A DNA stretch of 64,000 nucleotides from the human T2T-CHM13v2.0 reference genome, Homo sapiens. Position 1 is the first letter of the stretch. Each line of letters opens with the position of its first letter. Shown here piece by piece: positions 25,353 to 44,699 of the stretch. The stretch is taken from assembly GCF_009914755.1 (NCBI RefSeq), contig NC_060935.1. One strand, written 5' to 3'. Both the position numbers and the translations under genes were made by a program. The notes under the pieces are model-generated. The model searched no databases. It saw only the letters and a program-made list of their open reading frames with translations, and was not told the DNA's origin.

Positions 25353-25739
25353 AGTTCTCCCTCATCATCCCTCGCGGCAACTCATGTCACACGAGCCTGC
25401 TTACTTGCCTGTTTCTCTCACTGGACTAGTGACTTTTTGAAGACAGGGCTCGTGTTTTCTTCCTCTCTGTTTCAGTGCCTGGCACCATGCCTGGTACCTA
25501 GAAGTCACATCCTCTCCAAGGGAATACTCTGGAGTTGGGTCACCAGAGAAAGGGCCCTGGTTTGACCTCTTAAGAGCTGTGTGATCTTCAGCAATAACTT
25601 AACCTCTTCAGTTTCTTTATCTGAGAAATGGAGGAGAAAAATTATACTTAACGTAGAGGGGTTTTGGTGAGTATCAAAAAGAGATAATAACCCAGCATGG
25701 TGGCTGGCATAGAGTAAGGGCTCAAGAAATGTCTGTACC

Positions 25740-26345
<606 letters not shown>

Positions 26346-26623
26346 AGGAAATATCTGCACCGTTATTAACTAATAAATTGAGTAAATATTGAGAATGCTC
26401 ACAATGTGCTGAGTGCTATTCAAGGTGCTGAGGACACAACAGTGAATGAAACAGACAAACATCTCTGCCCTTGGGTTGGGAAAGAGACAACAAGCAAATA
26501 AATATGGGATAGAATAGATTTAATGTCATACGTAATAAAGGCGATAATGAAAAAGAGTTAGAGACAGGGATGACAGCAGTTGCTTTTCGGATAGTGTATA
26601 CTATAATACTAATTTACTGTAAG

Positions 26624-26842
26624 TCAGAATTTCTCAACATCGACACCACTGGCACTCTGGACTAGATACTTCTTTGCTGTGGGGAGCTGTGCTGTGAACT
26701 GTAGCGTGTTCAACAGCGTTCCTGGCCTCTATTCACAGATGCTTGCTGCACTCCATCCCCCACAGTTGTGACAACTGAAAAATGTCTTAGACATTACCAA
26801 ACATCCCCTGGGGGCAAAATTATTCCTCGCTGAAAACTGCTG
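26624..26842. mobile_element. MER20 DNA transposon
   Basis: tttctcaac...ctttgctgtggggagctgt...gttgtgacaactgaaaaatgtcttagacattaccaaacatcccctgggggcaaaat. Confidence 0.85.
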
Positions 26843-26852
26843 CTACAAATAA

Positions 26853-27335
26853 ATGTCTGCTGAATGGTGCCTCCCCCATGAAAGTATATGTCCACATCCT
26901 AATCCCTGAAACCTGTGAATATTACCTCGTAGGGTGAAATATTTGCTTAAATTAAAGATCTTGAAGAAGGGAGCTTATTCTTGACTATTGAGATGGACCC
27001 TAACAGCTGTCAGAAATGCCCTATGAAGTGACACAAGAGGTTTGGGAAAAAATTAAAATATCAAGTGCCCGAACAAGAGAAAGGCAGAGTGAGATTGGAT
27101 AGACCCTCATAGAAGAGAAGCCACAAGCCAAGGGATGCCAGGGAACTCCCACTGCCACCAGGAGGTAAAAGAGGGCAGGAACAGATTCTCCCCTAGTGAC
27201 TCTTGAGGGAAAGCAGCCCTGTCAACACCTTCATTTTAGACTTCCAGCCTCCAGAATTGTGAGAGAAGACATTTCTGATGTTTTAAACCACCGTGTCTGT
27301 AGTAATTTGTTACAGCAGCCTAGAAAACTAATACA
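26853..27335 (+). mobile_element. MLT1-family LTR
   Basis: atgtccacatcctaatccctgaaacctgtgaat ... gtaatttgttacagcagcctagaaaactaataca. Confidence 0.85.
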
Positions 27336-27401
27336 GAAGGGATGCATCATCAGTGCCGGTGGTTTCACCATCAAGAGCTATAATCCAAGATTCCCATGGG
27401 G

Positions 27402-28267
27402 TGTGGGGGCACCAAGGGGAAACTTCCCTTTTGCCCTCTGAAGTTTCACTGAAAAATCTCAGAGAAGAGGCATATAAATAGGAGAAAAAGCATACAGATG
27501 TATTTAATGTGTGTACATGGGAGCCTACAGAGTGAATACCCAAAGAGACGAGGGAACTTGTCCACTTTGATGCTTAGGTTCAGCAAAGTGTGGACAGCCG
27601 TGTAGATACAGAATTGAACAAAAAGCGTATGATCTAATGCTCTACCGACTGAGCTATCCAGGCTCCCTAAGGGTATGATCTAATGCTAACGGACTGAGTG
27701 GGGAAACCTAGCAAGGCCCGTCTGTCTAGATTCTTCCTGGCCTCTCTGTGCTGCATTCCTTCCTTCTGGGTGTAGGACAGGACTCTCGCTGGAATGGGAG
27801 TCTTATGACCTACATACAGTCAAACAAGGCCTGTCTGGCTAGATTCTTCTAGGTATCCTGGGTTCTAGATTCTTCTTGGTATCCCAGGTTCTAGATTCTT
27901 TTTGGCCTCTCTGTGCTGCATTCCTTCCTTCTGGGGGTAGGACGGGGCTCTCTCTGGAATGGGAGTCTTACAACCTACATAGAGTCAAACAAAGCCGAAA
28001 CCAAGAAAATTTCTTTATGGCCAGTTTTTATACAGAAAGGTGGAGGGAAACTTAGAGTAGAGTAATATAATTAGGTTTTATGGCTGACTTTGGGGGAAAA
28101 GGGTTCTGTTTCTACCTGCCTTGGAGAAGAGGGATTCCAGTTTCTATGGCTAATCTTGGGGGAGCATGGGACTGAGAGACTTGAGGGCAGAAGGTTAGAG
28201 AAAAATGGTTGCTTCTGAGGCTACTGTGGAGGACTTTATTTGGGGTATCATTTTCTAAGCCTCAACA
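27402..28267 (-). mobile_element. ERV1 solo LTR (MER39-like) with internal duplications and a tRNA insertion
   Basis: TG...CA termini; minus strand starts TGTTGAGGCTTAGAAAATGATACCCCAAA; subfamily assignment from memory. Confidence 0.65.
27633..27663 (-). pseudogene. 5'-half tRNA-Lys(UUU) fragment (tailless retropseudogene)
   Basis: Minus strand GCCTGGATAGCTCAGTCGGTAGAGCATTAGA vs tRNA-Lys-TTT 5' end GCCTGGATAGCTCAGTCGGTAGAGCATCAGA (30/31); 19-bp direct repeats on both sides. Confidence 0.85.
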
Positions 28268-28919
28268 GGGAATTTAGGAAAGAGCCATTGACATGGATGC
28301 ATTCTATGTGCAGATCACATGAAGCTAGAAGGGTTAGTCCAATTGGGCAATGGGTTCTGGACCACTGACAGGGGAGCTCTATATGAATGAAGTGGATAGA
28401 TCTGAATATCAGGTCCCCCTCTTGGGAACCTAAGACCCAACTGGAAAGGGCCAGAATGATGTGGCTTAGCAGCATCAAGACAAAAAAATAGCCCTGGGAT
28501 TTTTTCAACAACAAGAAGTTCAGGATGAGTCAACCTTTAGGCCACCCTAGGCTACAGCATGACAGTGGTTGTCAAGGTAGTGTGACTATAGGTGACTTTT
28601 TTTCTTTTCCTAATTTTCCAGAATTCCTCTAATGTAGTTCGGAGGCTTTGATTGTTATAATAAAGGTTAAATTTGGTATCAGGGACCTCACTCTGCTAGA
28701 CCCCAGACTGATTAGTTCCTTCATAGAGTGTTGGGTTCAGTGGACATCACACTTCAATGGAAACTGATCAGGCACCTTGGAATCCTATACATAAGGGGGA
28801 ACAGAGAGCTGGGCTGCCCCTTGAAGAGAGCTTACGTGTCTCAAGTAATGCTTAGGAGAAGAACTAGGTCGGATATTCAAGATGCTAAGTTTCAGCTCTG
28901 AGCACCATGGTTCTTCTCT

Positions 28920-31741
<2,822 letters not shown>

Positions 31742-31959
31742 CCCTCTGTATGCTAAAAGGTAAGAAATAAGCTCCAAAAAGATTTTGGTGGCTGCCACAT
31801 TGGGAAAGATTTTAAGGGTCCCAAGGTCTGGGGCATGTTGGGACATTATCTCTAGGGTAAAGAACAAGCCTTTGTAACTTGCATCCCCCATCAGTAAGAA
31901 CAAGGCACAGCACAGGGTGGGTACTTCTGGATTTTAAAGCATCCTGGGGAATTCTGTCG

Positions 31960-33450
<1,491 letters not shown>

Positions 33451-34619
33451 CTACTACCCATTTACAATTGTAACCCCTGTTCACACTCCTAGCCTCTCTT
33501 ACACGGCTCTGTTTCTTTTTTTCCATATAACCTATTTATTATGTCTATTGTTGATTATGTTTCTCTCCCACTAAAATATAAGCTCTGTAAAAACAGGGAT
33601 ATTTGTCTGTTTTGGTCCGTGTAGTGTCCCCAGCACCTAGAACACAGATAAAGTTGTGTTGAATGAGTGACTAAGTGATTAGAGCTAATGTATGTACATT
33701 TAGATGCTAAATATTTAGAACATGGTAGAAAATTCTGGGCCTCAGGAAACACAAGGTTTGGCTGTAGCTGGTTTGGAGACTGTGGTCAGGACTGAGAAAT
33801 TTCGGGATTCAAGAGACTAAGGAGTGGGTTTGGCTTGGCCCAGGAGCAGGGCTGGTCCAAAATTTAGAGTCTCGTAGAACCAGAGCCTTTCCTGCCCGTG
33901 GTGCCATGTTTCAGCCAAAGCCTTTATGCTTGTACCACAACCCACCCCTGTGGTTAAGAGCCCAGGGTCTTCATCCAAACAGACCTGAGTTCAGAGCCTA
34001 CCCCTACTACTTCTTAGTTGTGGGATCTTGAGCAAACTACCTCTCTAACTTCAGTGTCATTATCTGCAAGGCTGTGCTAAGGACACATTCTACTTGGTTG
34101 AGTTGTAATGAGAACTGAGGGTTAAGGTTCCATATAAAGTGTCTGGCACAATAGGAAGTGCTCACTAAGTACCCGTCAGCATTAAACTTTCCCACGTGCC
34201 ACATGGTGAGGGTGGCGGCCTTTCAGTTCTAGGTCCTCTCTTCCTTCTGGTGGGAGAGTCGGGCTTCCCTCAGTAATGTTGCTTATTCCAATTTGTTGGG
34301 TGAAGGTCAGAAGAGAGATACAGTCTGGATGAAAAACTCCTGAGTTCTCCACAGGGTGCAGAGCCACTGGGTGTCCCTTGCAAATTGAGTTCACAAGGTC
34401 CTGCTCCAAGAGTTCTAAATAAAAATGAGCTCATTGATTTGGACACCCAGCTGGGTGCACCTTTCAGCTTCATTTTTGAAACTTCGAGTCTGTGAAACAT
34501 GGGCTGCCTGGGGTGTATCATGTCAATCCAGCCCCAGCAACACTCACATCATGCTGTCTTGCCTCTACTTACCCTGTGCCCTGTCAAGAGCACCCTTCCC
34601 GCCACCCTACACCTGAGCT

Positions 34620-37365
<2,746 letters not shown>

Positions 37366-37623
37366 AGCCATCCTTCCCGGCCCATTTCAAACGGGTTCCT
37401 CTTAGGACCAGGAGACCTCACATTATGTGTGTCCTACCTTGGCCTGTGGTTTGGTCACTTGTGTGTGTGTGAACTTCATCCTCCTTGAGGGCAGGAATAT
37501 GGTTTCCTCTCTTTCGCTTCCACAGAGTCCTGTCCAGAGTTCTGCACACCAAGACTGTGTAAATGAATGGAATTGCATCTGGGAGCTCGAGGCACCCATG
37601 CAAACCTGTGCTGCCAGTGACTT

Positions 37624-37638
37624 CCACCAGAGGGCAGC
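37624..37638 (+). promoter_or_regulatory. Consensus CTCF motif about 1.4 kb upstream of the CD6 ATG
   Basis: CCACCAGAGGGCAGC matches the core consensus CCASYAGRKGGCRS exactly. Confidence 0.75.
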
Positions 37639-38589
37639 GGCAGCAGGTGCCGGCGCTGGGGCAGGACTGGGAGGAGTCTCACTCTGGGGGCGCCTGGTTC
37701 CCCGTGGCTCTAATACTTGCCGCATCAAATGCATACACCCACCTTTAGGACCGAACCCAATGGAGGAGGACCGCTCCTCATTCCACATGTTGGGGAAATG
37801 AAGACAAGCAAGGATGCAGGAAGTGGAGGGCCAGGAGAGGTGGACCTGGGATGGGACCAACTGAGGCAGGGCCAGGATTTGGAACCAAACCCCTTCTGGA
37901 TTTGACCACTTCCAGGGCCCTGCTTGGACAACCAAATTATCTATTCCTTTTCTCATTCAATAAACATTTATTCACCTCCTACCATATGCTCCACAGGGAG
38001 TACCATGGGAATTAAACACGCTTGGCCCCTGCCTTCTTCCTATAGCGTCAGTCTGCTGCAGTGCAATGGGGCAACTCGGGGTTTCTCAGGCAGCCCTGGG
38101 CTTCCTTCCTTCAGCCCTTTGCTCCTGCTATTCCTTCTGGCCCAGAGGCCTCCCATGATTGCTGTTTGTCAAAATCCTGCTCAGCCTTGTAGACCCAGCT
38201 CCCATGCCTGACTCCCACGGAGGCATGCCCAGTCTGGTACCTGGAGATGGGATAGCTGGCCCCACTGTGCCATCTGACGGGGCGGCTCCCACAAGGCCTT
38301 GGCACCCTTCCCTGTAGAAGGACTTGTGGGATGGCCATCTCTCAGGCCCTTCCCAATTTATATTTCTCTGAGGGGAGACTTAGGCTCTTATCTCCAAAAG
38401 TGCATCAAGACCACACCCTCCTTCCCAACCACCATTGCACCTAAGGTTAAGATAAAACTCAGGATTTAATCCAAGAGAGCCAAATTACACAGACCGGGAC
38501 AGGCAATGGGTCATTCACTCCCTCTTCCAATATGTACTGATTGAGCAGCTACTACATTATCAATTTTTTCTTCTGGGCCACCAGAAATG

Positions 38590-38996
38590 AGGCATGGCTC
38601 TTCCACTTCCCTTCTTCTTAGAAGACCCTCGGGGAAGTGTGTCTGCATGGATGCGTGTGCATGCGTGTGTCTGGCTCCGTGACTCTTGGGGTGCAGCCTG
38701 GATGGGTGGGCTCCCAGCACAGGCAGCTGGGGCTCTCCCCACCAGCCCCTGTAACAGCAGCCCAGCTTCCTGCAGACCAAAACCACAAGCAGAACAAGCA
38801 GGCGTGAGACACTCACAGGTTGGGTTTGATCGCATGCGTGTCGGAGAGGAGAGAGCAGAGAGAGACACAGGAACAAGAACAGCAAAGGGTAGAGCAGACC
38901 TGCGCCAGGGGCGCACAACGGCCGTGTCCACCTCCCGGCCCCAAGATGGTGCTTCCCACAGGCAGCCACGCGTAGCAGCCAGAGACAGCTCCAGAC
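38590..38996 (+). promoter_or_regulatory. CD6: CD6 TATA-less promoter and 5' UTR with ETS (cttcctg 38766-38772) and RUNX (aaccaca 38781-38787) sites
   Basis: Adjacent ETS and RUNX motifs about 230 and 215 nt upstream of the ATG, plus more GGAAG motifs at 38600-38640; CD6 is known to be ETS/RUNX regulated in T cells. Confidence 0.75.
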
Positions 38997-39045
38997 ATGT
39001 GGCTCTTCTTCGGGATCACTGGATTGCTGACGGCAGCCCTCTCAG
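38997..39045 (+). CDS. CD6: CD6 exon 1 coding part (signal peptide); intron 1 runs past the end of the window
   Basis: ATG TGG CTC TTC TTC GGG ATC ACT GGA TTG CTG ACG GCA GCC CTC TCA G/gtagg = MWLFFGITGLLTAALS(G), the N-terminus of T-cell antigen CD6. I did not find exon 2 (HPSPAPPDQ...) in the window. Confidence 0.95.
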
Positions 39046-40544
39046 GTAGGCCCCCTTCCCTCATCTCCTGCCACTGGTGCTGGAGGAGCCGGGTCCGGCC
39101 CTCTCAGTCCCCTTTCTGGTTGTTTCCTTGTGGTCACTTTTCTAGGATCTTTTAGCCAAGACTACACTCAGGTACCAGGGAGGTCCAGCATCTGGGGCTA
39201 GGAGAGGACACAGGAGCCCCTCGAGGGGCTGGGGCTGTGCCTGGAAGCCTCCTGGAGTGACAGAATGTGGGAAGCATGCTTTGTGCCTTACCAATGGGTC
39301 CCTAGGGTGTGAGGAGGGAGGTGCCTCTCCCATCCTTAAGCTCAGGAACTCCCCCATTTCCTATTTCTTGCCAACTCTTAAGAAGGAACCGTTCACCTTC
39401 CAGAGAGGCGGGACCACTGATGGTGGTACTTTCAACGCCAAAGCTGAGGCTTGGGGTCCAGCAGGCGTAGGCCAATCACAGGAGAGCACCGCCCGAAACA
39501 GGACTCAGGGAAGCCAGGGAGAGTTCTGGACAACCAGGCGCTGATGGCCTCAGCACAACCAGCTGGGGTAGTCTAGGGCATAAGCGAGCATGAAGGCCAC
39601 CCCCACGTCTCAAGCTGCCCCCAAGTGTCAAGGCACCTGGCCACCTGGGCCAGGGAATCAGATGGCCAGAAGGTTTGGGGCACTAGACTGTGCTCCCCAG
39701 ATACTTGCTGGCCCCTGTTGAGTGCAGGGTCCAAGCTGGCCAGAGCGGGGCAGGGGCCTGGAGATGCAAGAGATCCTGACCCCATCGAGCTCTCACATTT
39801 TGGGATTTGGGAAGACTGGTATGGAAACAGAATTCGGGCCAGGGGAGTCTGGGTCCACCTTGCAGCCAGAGAGCCAAGTGCTTTCATTTTGTGATGGAGG
39901 AGACCCAGGAAGACCCAGTCAGGAGGGGGCATCGAGCTGGTTTGGAGGACTGGGTACTTGTCGCGAGACTCTGGGCAGGGAGTGCTCTCCTCTCTGCCTT
40001 GATCTCCAGGCATGTGTTCCGAGCCTGTGGCCTCATACTGGTTCAGGGAAAGCCATTCGGCTCTGGGAACTGGAGTTTGTGTGCCTTCAGCTCTGTGCAT
40101 GTAGCTTTGCCCTGCTAACTCTACCAGGAGTTTCTGGAGCAGCAGCTCTGGAATTTCAGCTGCCTTCTGCCCCTGAGCTGAAACAGACTGTCCGAGAGTG
40201 GCCCCCTTTCCTCTTCCCCATGAAGCCCAGCCACAGGCTCAGGAGTAAAGTCGGGTCCAAAAGATTTTCCCCAACCCAGGGCTTCAGACCAGCTCCTTCT
40301 CAGCTTCCCAGAAGGAATGAGGGCCAGGGGCTGAGCTAGGCATTGGTGCCCTTGGCGTCCGAGCCTTGGCAGCTGGCCCAGCAGCCAGCCAGGAGAACTG
40401 GCTTTGAATGGTGCCCACAGGAGAGGTGGGAACCCAGAGACCTGGGCAGAGCTCAGGGAGGTCAAACAAAGTAGTCCTGGAGCCTCCAAGTTCCTTCGAT
40501 TCAGTCTGTCCCACCCTGGCAGCTCTTGCCCGACCTGCTCCTTC

Positions 40545-40990
40545 CCAGTACTGTCATCCACTTTATGGTTTTGAAACTGTGTTGATATTTACTTGACTCA
40601 CTTGTTGTTATCAATGCAAGCTCAGTTTTGAAAGGAAAGTTTACATCACTATTATAAGTGGAAAATCAATATCATTTGCCATAAGTGAAAGGTAAAGGGA
40701 AACAAAAACAAATGGTGGCAAAACCCAATTTCTATTACGCTTTAGCAAAAAGTGAAAAGATCGTGAAGACCCAGAGCTCATCCCCTCTGTGAAAGGGGTG
40801 ATGAGGAGGGGAGAGGAGATGGCCTCCTAGCTCTAGCAGGTATTTTCTTCTTGACTTTGCAGAAGGACTGAAAACACCGTGGGCAGGGAATAATTTCCTC
40901 ACTCTGCGATTTCAGAGCATTAAACGCGGCTTCTGTAAACTCTCCTGAGGGTTGCCAGGGGTGTATGTCCTACTGCTGAAAAATATGGCC
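40545..40990 (+). mobile_element. MER113-like DNA transposon, copy 1
   Basis: aaaggaaagtttacatcactattataagtggaaaatcaatatcatttgccataagtgaaagg ... gggaataatttcctcactctgcgatt. Confidence 0.6.
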
Positions 40991-41459
40991 TCTCCAGGCA
41001 GGAGGAAGACTGCACCTTCAAGCAGCCCCTTGCCCCTCTCCGGGGCTGATGCAAGGGACACTGAGCTGCTACACTCCAGGCCTCCCTGAGCTTTTCTTCC
41101 TCTGTGTCCAGCTCAGCAGGCCCAAATGCTAGCAGAACCTGACCTCAGAGGGCAAGGTTGACCCACATCTGCTTGTGGGGAGTTTGTGTTGGGCCGACCA
41201 TATTGGGGAAAGGAGACTAGGACCTCCAAGGAGAAAAAGAAGGAGAAAGAAAAATGATGGCAAAGAGGGAGGAAATGGAGCTGGGATAATGAAGTGCGTG
41301 TGGAAGTTTCAGGCCTTTACCCCAAGAACTATTTCAGGGTGGGGCTGCCTGGCTCTGCCCTGGGACCACAGGCAGGTGGAATCCTGCCCTCCTTTGCCCT
41401 GGCAGACCTGGCTGAAACCTTGCTGTGCTCGGGCAGACCTCCCCTCTCCTTCTTCCCCC

Positions 41460-41673
41460 TTTTATTTTTTAAGACAGAGTCTCGCTCTGTTGCCAGGCTT
41501 GAGTAGCTGGGATGACAGGCATGCGCCACGACGCCCAGCTAATTTTTGTATTTTTAGTAGAGACGTGGTTTCGCCACGTTGGCCAGGATGGTCTCAATCT
41601 CCTGACCTCGTGATCCACCCACCTCAGCCTCCCAAAGTGCTGGGATTACAGGAGTGAGCCACCGCGCCCAGCC
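41460..41673 (-). mobile_element. Alu with an internal deletion in the right arm
   Basis: The junction gccaggct/tgagtagctggg skips most of the right arm. Confidence 0.85.
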
Positions 41674-42385
41674 TCCTTCTTCCCTTTCTAACCCTAGCAC
41701 GAGGCCCTATCTCCTGGGCCTCTGCCCAGGTGGCCCGGGTGCTGGGCCTGGCTTGGTTTGTGTTGCTGATTTCTGTTGCTTAGAGATTCAAGCCTCCAGT
41801 TCTCCGCCTCAGTTTCCTGATCAGCCAACTAAGGATGAAGGAACAGAGAGAATGAATTAGGAGCCCTTGACAGGGGAGGCTGGGGTGGCATCATGAGACC
41901 CCAGGTTCTGCCCTGGTCCCGTCTCTAATTCACCATTGACTGTGCTTCTTTTCTTCTCAGCCATGTTTTCTCATCAGTGGAAGGGGGGTGCTCTGTCAGA
42001 CAATCTATAAGAAAGCTTTTGTCCAGATCTGACACTATGACGCAGTAACAAAGCCCCAGGCCTTTCCCGCCAGGGCAGTGCTGAGCTCCGTGACTCTAAT
42101 GCCAGCTGTGCTCTGGCTGGCGAGGTCCTCGAGGGCTGCCTTTGTGTATGAAAAGGCTGTTTGTGGCTACTTTTGAAAAAAATAGTAATTCTTTAATTAA
42201 CAATTTTTTAATAATTTGTTTTTTCTTAACTTGTGAGTTCAACATACTAATCATATTTTATAAGCCCTGTAATTTTGATTAATGACTTTCGATGGGCCTT
42301 TAATATTTGAGCAAATGAAGTTGAACAGACCTAGCATCCTTAAATAATAAATACCCTTACAAATGTAGCTAATCAAACTCCCTTG

Positions 42386-43009
42386 GTTCTGTGCTATTCC
42401 ATAGGGTAGCCCCTACAATCACGCATTTAAAATGTGATGGTAGTCCAAATTGAGATGTGTAAAGTGTAAAATATGCAACAGGTTTTGAAGATGAGTTTCA
42501 AGAAAGAATGTAAAATATTTCAACAAATTTTATGTGATTTATATGTCAAACTTATAATATTTTTGATATGATGGGCTAAATGAATTCTATTATCACAATT
42601 AAGTTTACATATTCCTTTTTACTTTTTAAAAATGGGGTTTCTGGTCTGGTGTGGTAGTTCACACCTGTAATCCCAGCACTTTGGGAGGCCAAGGCAGGAA
42701 GATCGCTTGAACCTAGGAGTTCAAGACCAGCTGGGGAAACATGGCAAAACCCCGTATCTCCAAAAAATACAAAATTAGCCTGAAGTGGTGGTACAAGCCT
42801 GTTGTCCCAGCTACTCGGAAGGCTGAGGTAGGAGGATGGTTTGAGCCCGGGAGTTTGAGGCTGCAATGAATGAGCCATTATTGTGCCACTGCACTCCAGT
42901 CTGGGCGATGAAGGAGACCCTGTCTCAATAAAAAAGTAGGGGGAGGGTTGTCCTGGAATATTTAAAATTACATGCGTAACTTGCATCATATTTATATTGG
43001 ATAACACTG
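42386..43009. mobile_element. MER33-like DNA transposon interrupted by an Alu (42641-42936 +)
   Basis: aaattgagatgtgtaaagtgtaaaata...tttaaaattacatgcgtaacttgcatcatatttatattggataacactg. Confidence 0.75.
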
Positions 43010-43142
43010 CTTTTGATATTCTAAGCACATTTATAAATATGATGAATTCCATATTTTATAGAGCATGAAACAAAATGTTCCCAAGAATTTTAGAAAATGC
43101 TTTTAGAACTAAAAAACTAGCATAAGTGAAGTGAATATTAAG

Positions 43143-43419
43143 TTATTTTTAAAATTTTTATAGATATGAGGGTAGAAGTGCAGTTTTGTTACACGGATAT
43201 ATTACGTAGTGGTGAAGTCTGGGATTGTAGTGTACCCAGCACTGGAGTGTTGTACATTGTACCCAATAAGTAATTTTCATTCCTCACTCCCCTCCCATCT
43301 TCCCACCTTTTGGAATCTCTGATGTCTGTTACTCCATTCTGTATGTCCATGTGTGCACGTTGTTTGGCTCCTACTTATAAGTGAGAATGTGGTGTTTGAC
43401 TTTCTGTTTCTGAGTTATT
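43143..43419 (-). mobile_element. 5'-truncated L1 (L1PB/L1MA-type 3' end)
   Basis: L1 3' UTR phrases; TSD aag(t/c)gaatat(t/c)aag at 43129-43142 and 43420-43433. Confidence 0.85.
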
Positions 43420-44699
43420 AAAGCGAATATCAAGTTCTCTTAAATATTCTAATGTTTACAGATATTGTCAAATTCTCTTAAATTTTCTACTTCAAAATTG
43501 AACCGAAGTCAATTACCTGCTCACATTCATGAGGAACTCAATGGCCAAATGTTTTTAAATATCACAAATATAGGACTTTATGCAACTCACGGAGCTTGAC
43601 CCAACTTACATTTAACACCATTGGATATATACTATGAGTGTTTGTTTATTTAATCATCTCTATTTTCTAAATTCTAATCTTCCTGGGTTTAAAAGCCACT
43701 TACCAAGGAGGAAACAATGGCGCCATTGCAGGTAACTTGGGTTATGCCAAGCAGGTTGAAGTTTTTCCATCTCAGTGGACTGAGCTGAGGTCGGTGTTTT
43801 TGTTGTTTTGCCAAAACATAAGATATGGTTCCCCTGTGTTGCTGATGGATGCGCTTGTGCCCTTTTTGATAGTCCGTGCCCTCTAACTGGGCTGGCTCCT
43901 TGACCTATGAACTCTGAATCCAAGTTATACAAACCTAATCCCCTACATCTGCCGTGCATCTGGCCTTATTGTTTGATTGGACTGAATTAAACACACATGT
44001 TTACTTTTCTATTCTGACCTCTTTTCACATTCTTCCTGCCTGGCAAGACTTCATCTCATAGATACATAAATAATTTATGACAGGCTTCTGCATCTTTCTC
44101 CCGGCTTAGCTTGGCTCTCTGGCCACAGGTCAATGACTGATGACAGTTAGCGTGGCCTTCACCGTATTGGGGCCATGGAACGGGGTAGCTCCTAGGGTGC
44201 TGGAGCTCGAACTTTACAGAGGGATCTAGAATGAGTGAGAAATGCTGCCCATGGCCCTCCTCATTCAGACCACATTTATTAAGGCTTTATTTATTATATT
44301 TATAGAACACTCAAGAATTAAATTCAGTACCCAGCTGTTAGATTCTGAGTTAAGGAATCAGACTTCTCCCTGGGGCAAGGAGGAATAAACAGGTGGCCCC
44401 AACTGTCCTTTAGGACAGGAGCTTGGAGTGTAGACCTCCCAGGTGCGTGGCCATCCTCTCCCTGCCTGGACCACAGATGGGACACCATGAGCTTTAACAT
44501 CCATGCCATGTGCTCAGGCCTGCCCTGAGCAGCCCCCTGGTAGGGCTGGGATCCCCAGGCTGTATCTACTTCCTCAGCTAGCAAGACCTCCAGGCCCTCC
44601 ATCCTGTCCTCGGCACTGGCCCTTCTCCAGACTCAGAGCATGGTAAGTTATCCAGCATAGCTCTTCCCGGAGCACTTTATTCCAGCCCACCTTCCCAGT

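Noticed and set aside
27633-27663. Functional tRNA gene or retroviral primer-binding site
   Set aside because: Only the 5' 31 nt are present (no B-box or 3' acceptor strand); a PBS matches the tRNA 3' end and lies outside the LTR.
39573-40561. ORFs of 146-205 aa early in CD6 intron 1 as candidate CD6 exons or a nested gene
   Set aside because: No SRCR cysteine pattern or CD6 exon 2 peptide; overlapping ORFs on both strands suggest chance.
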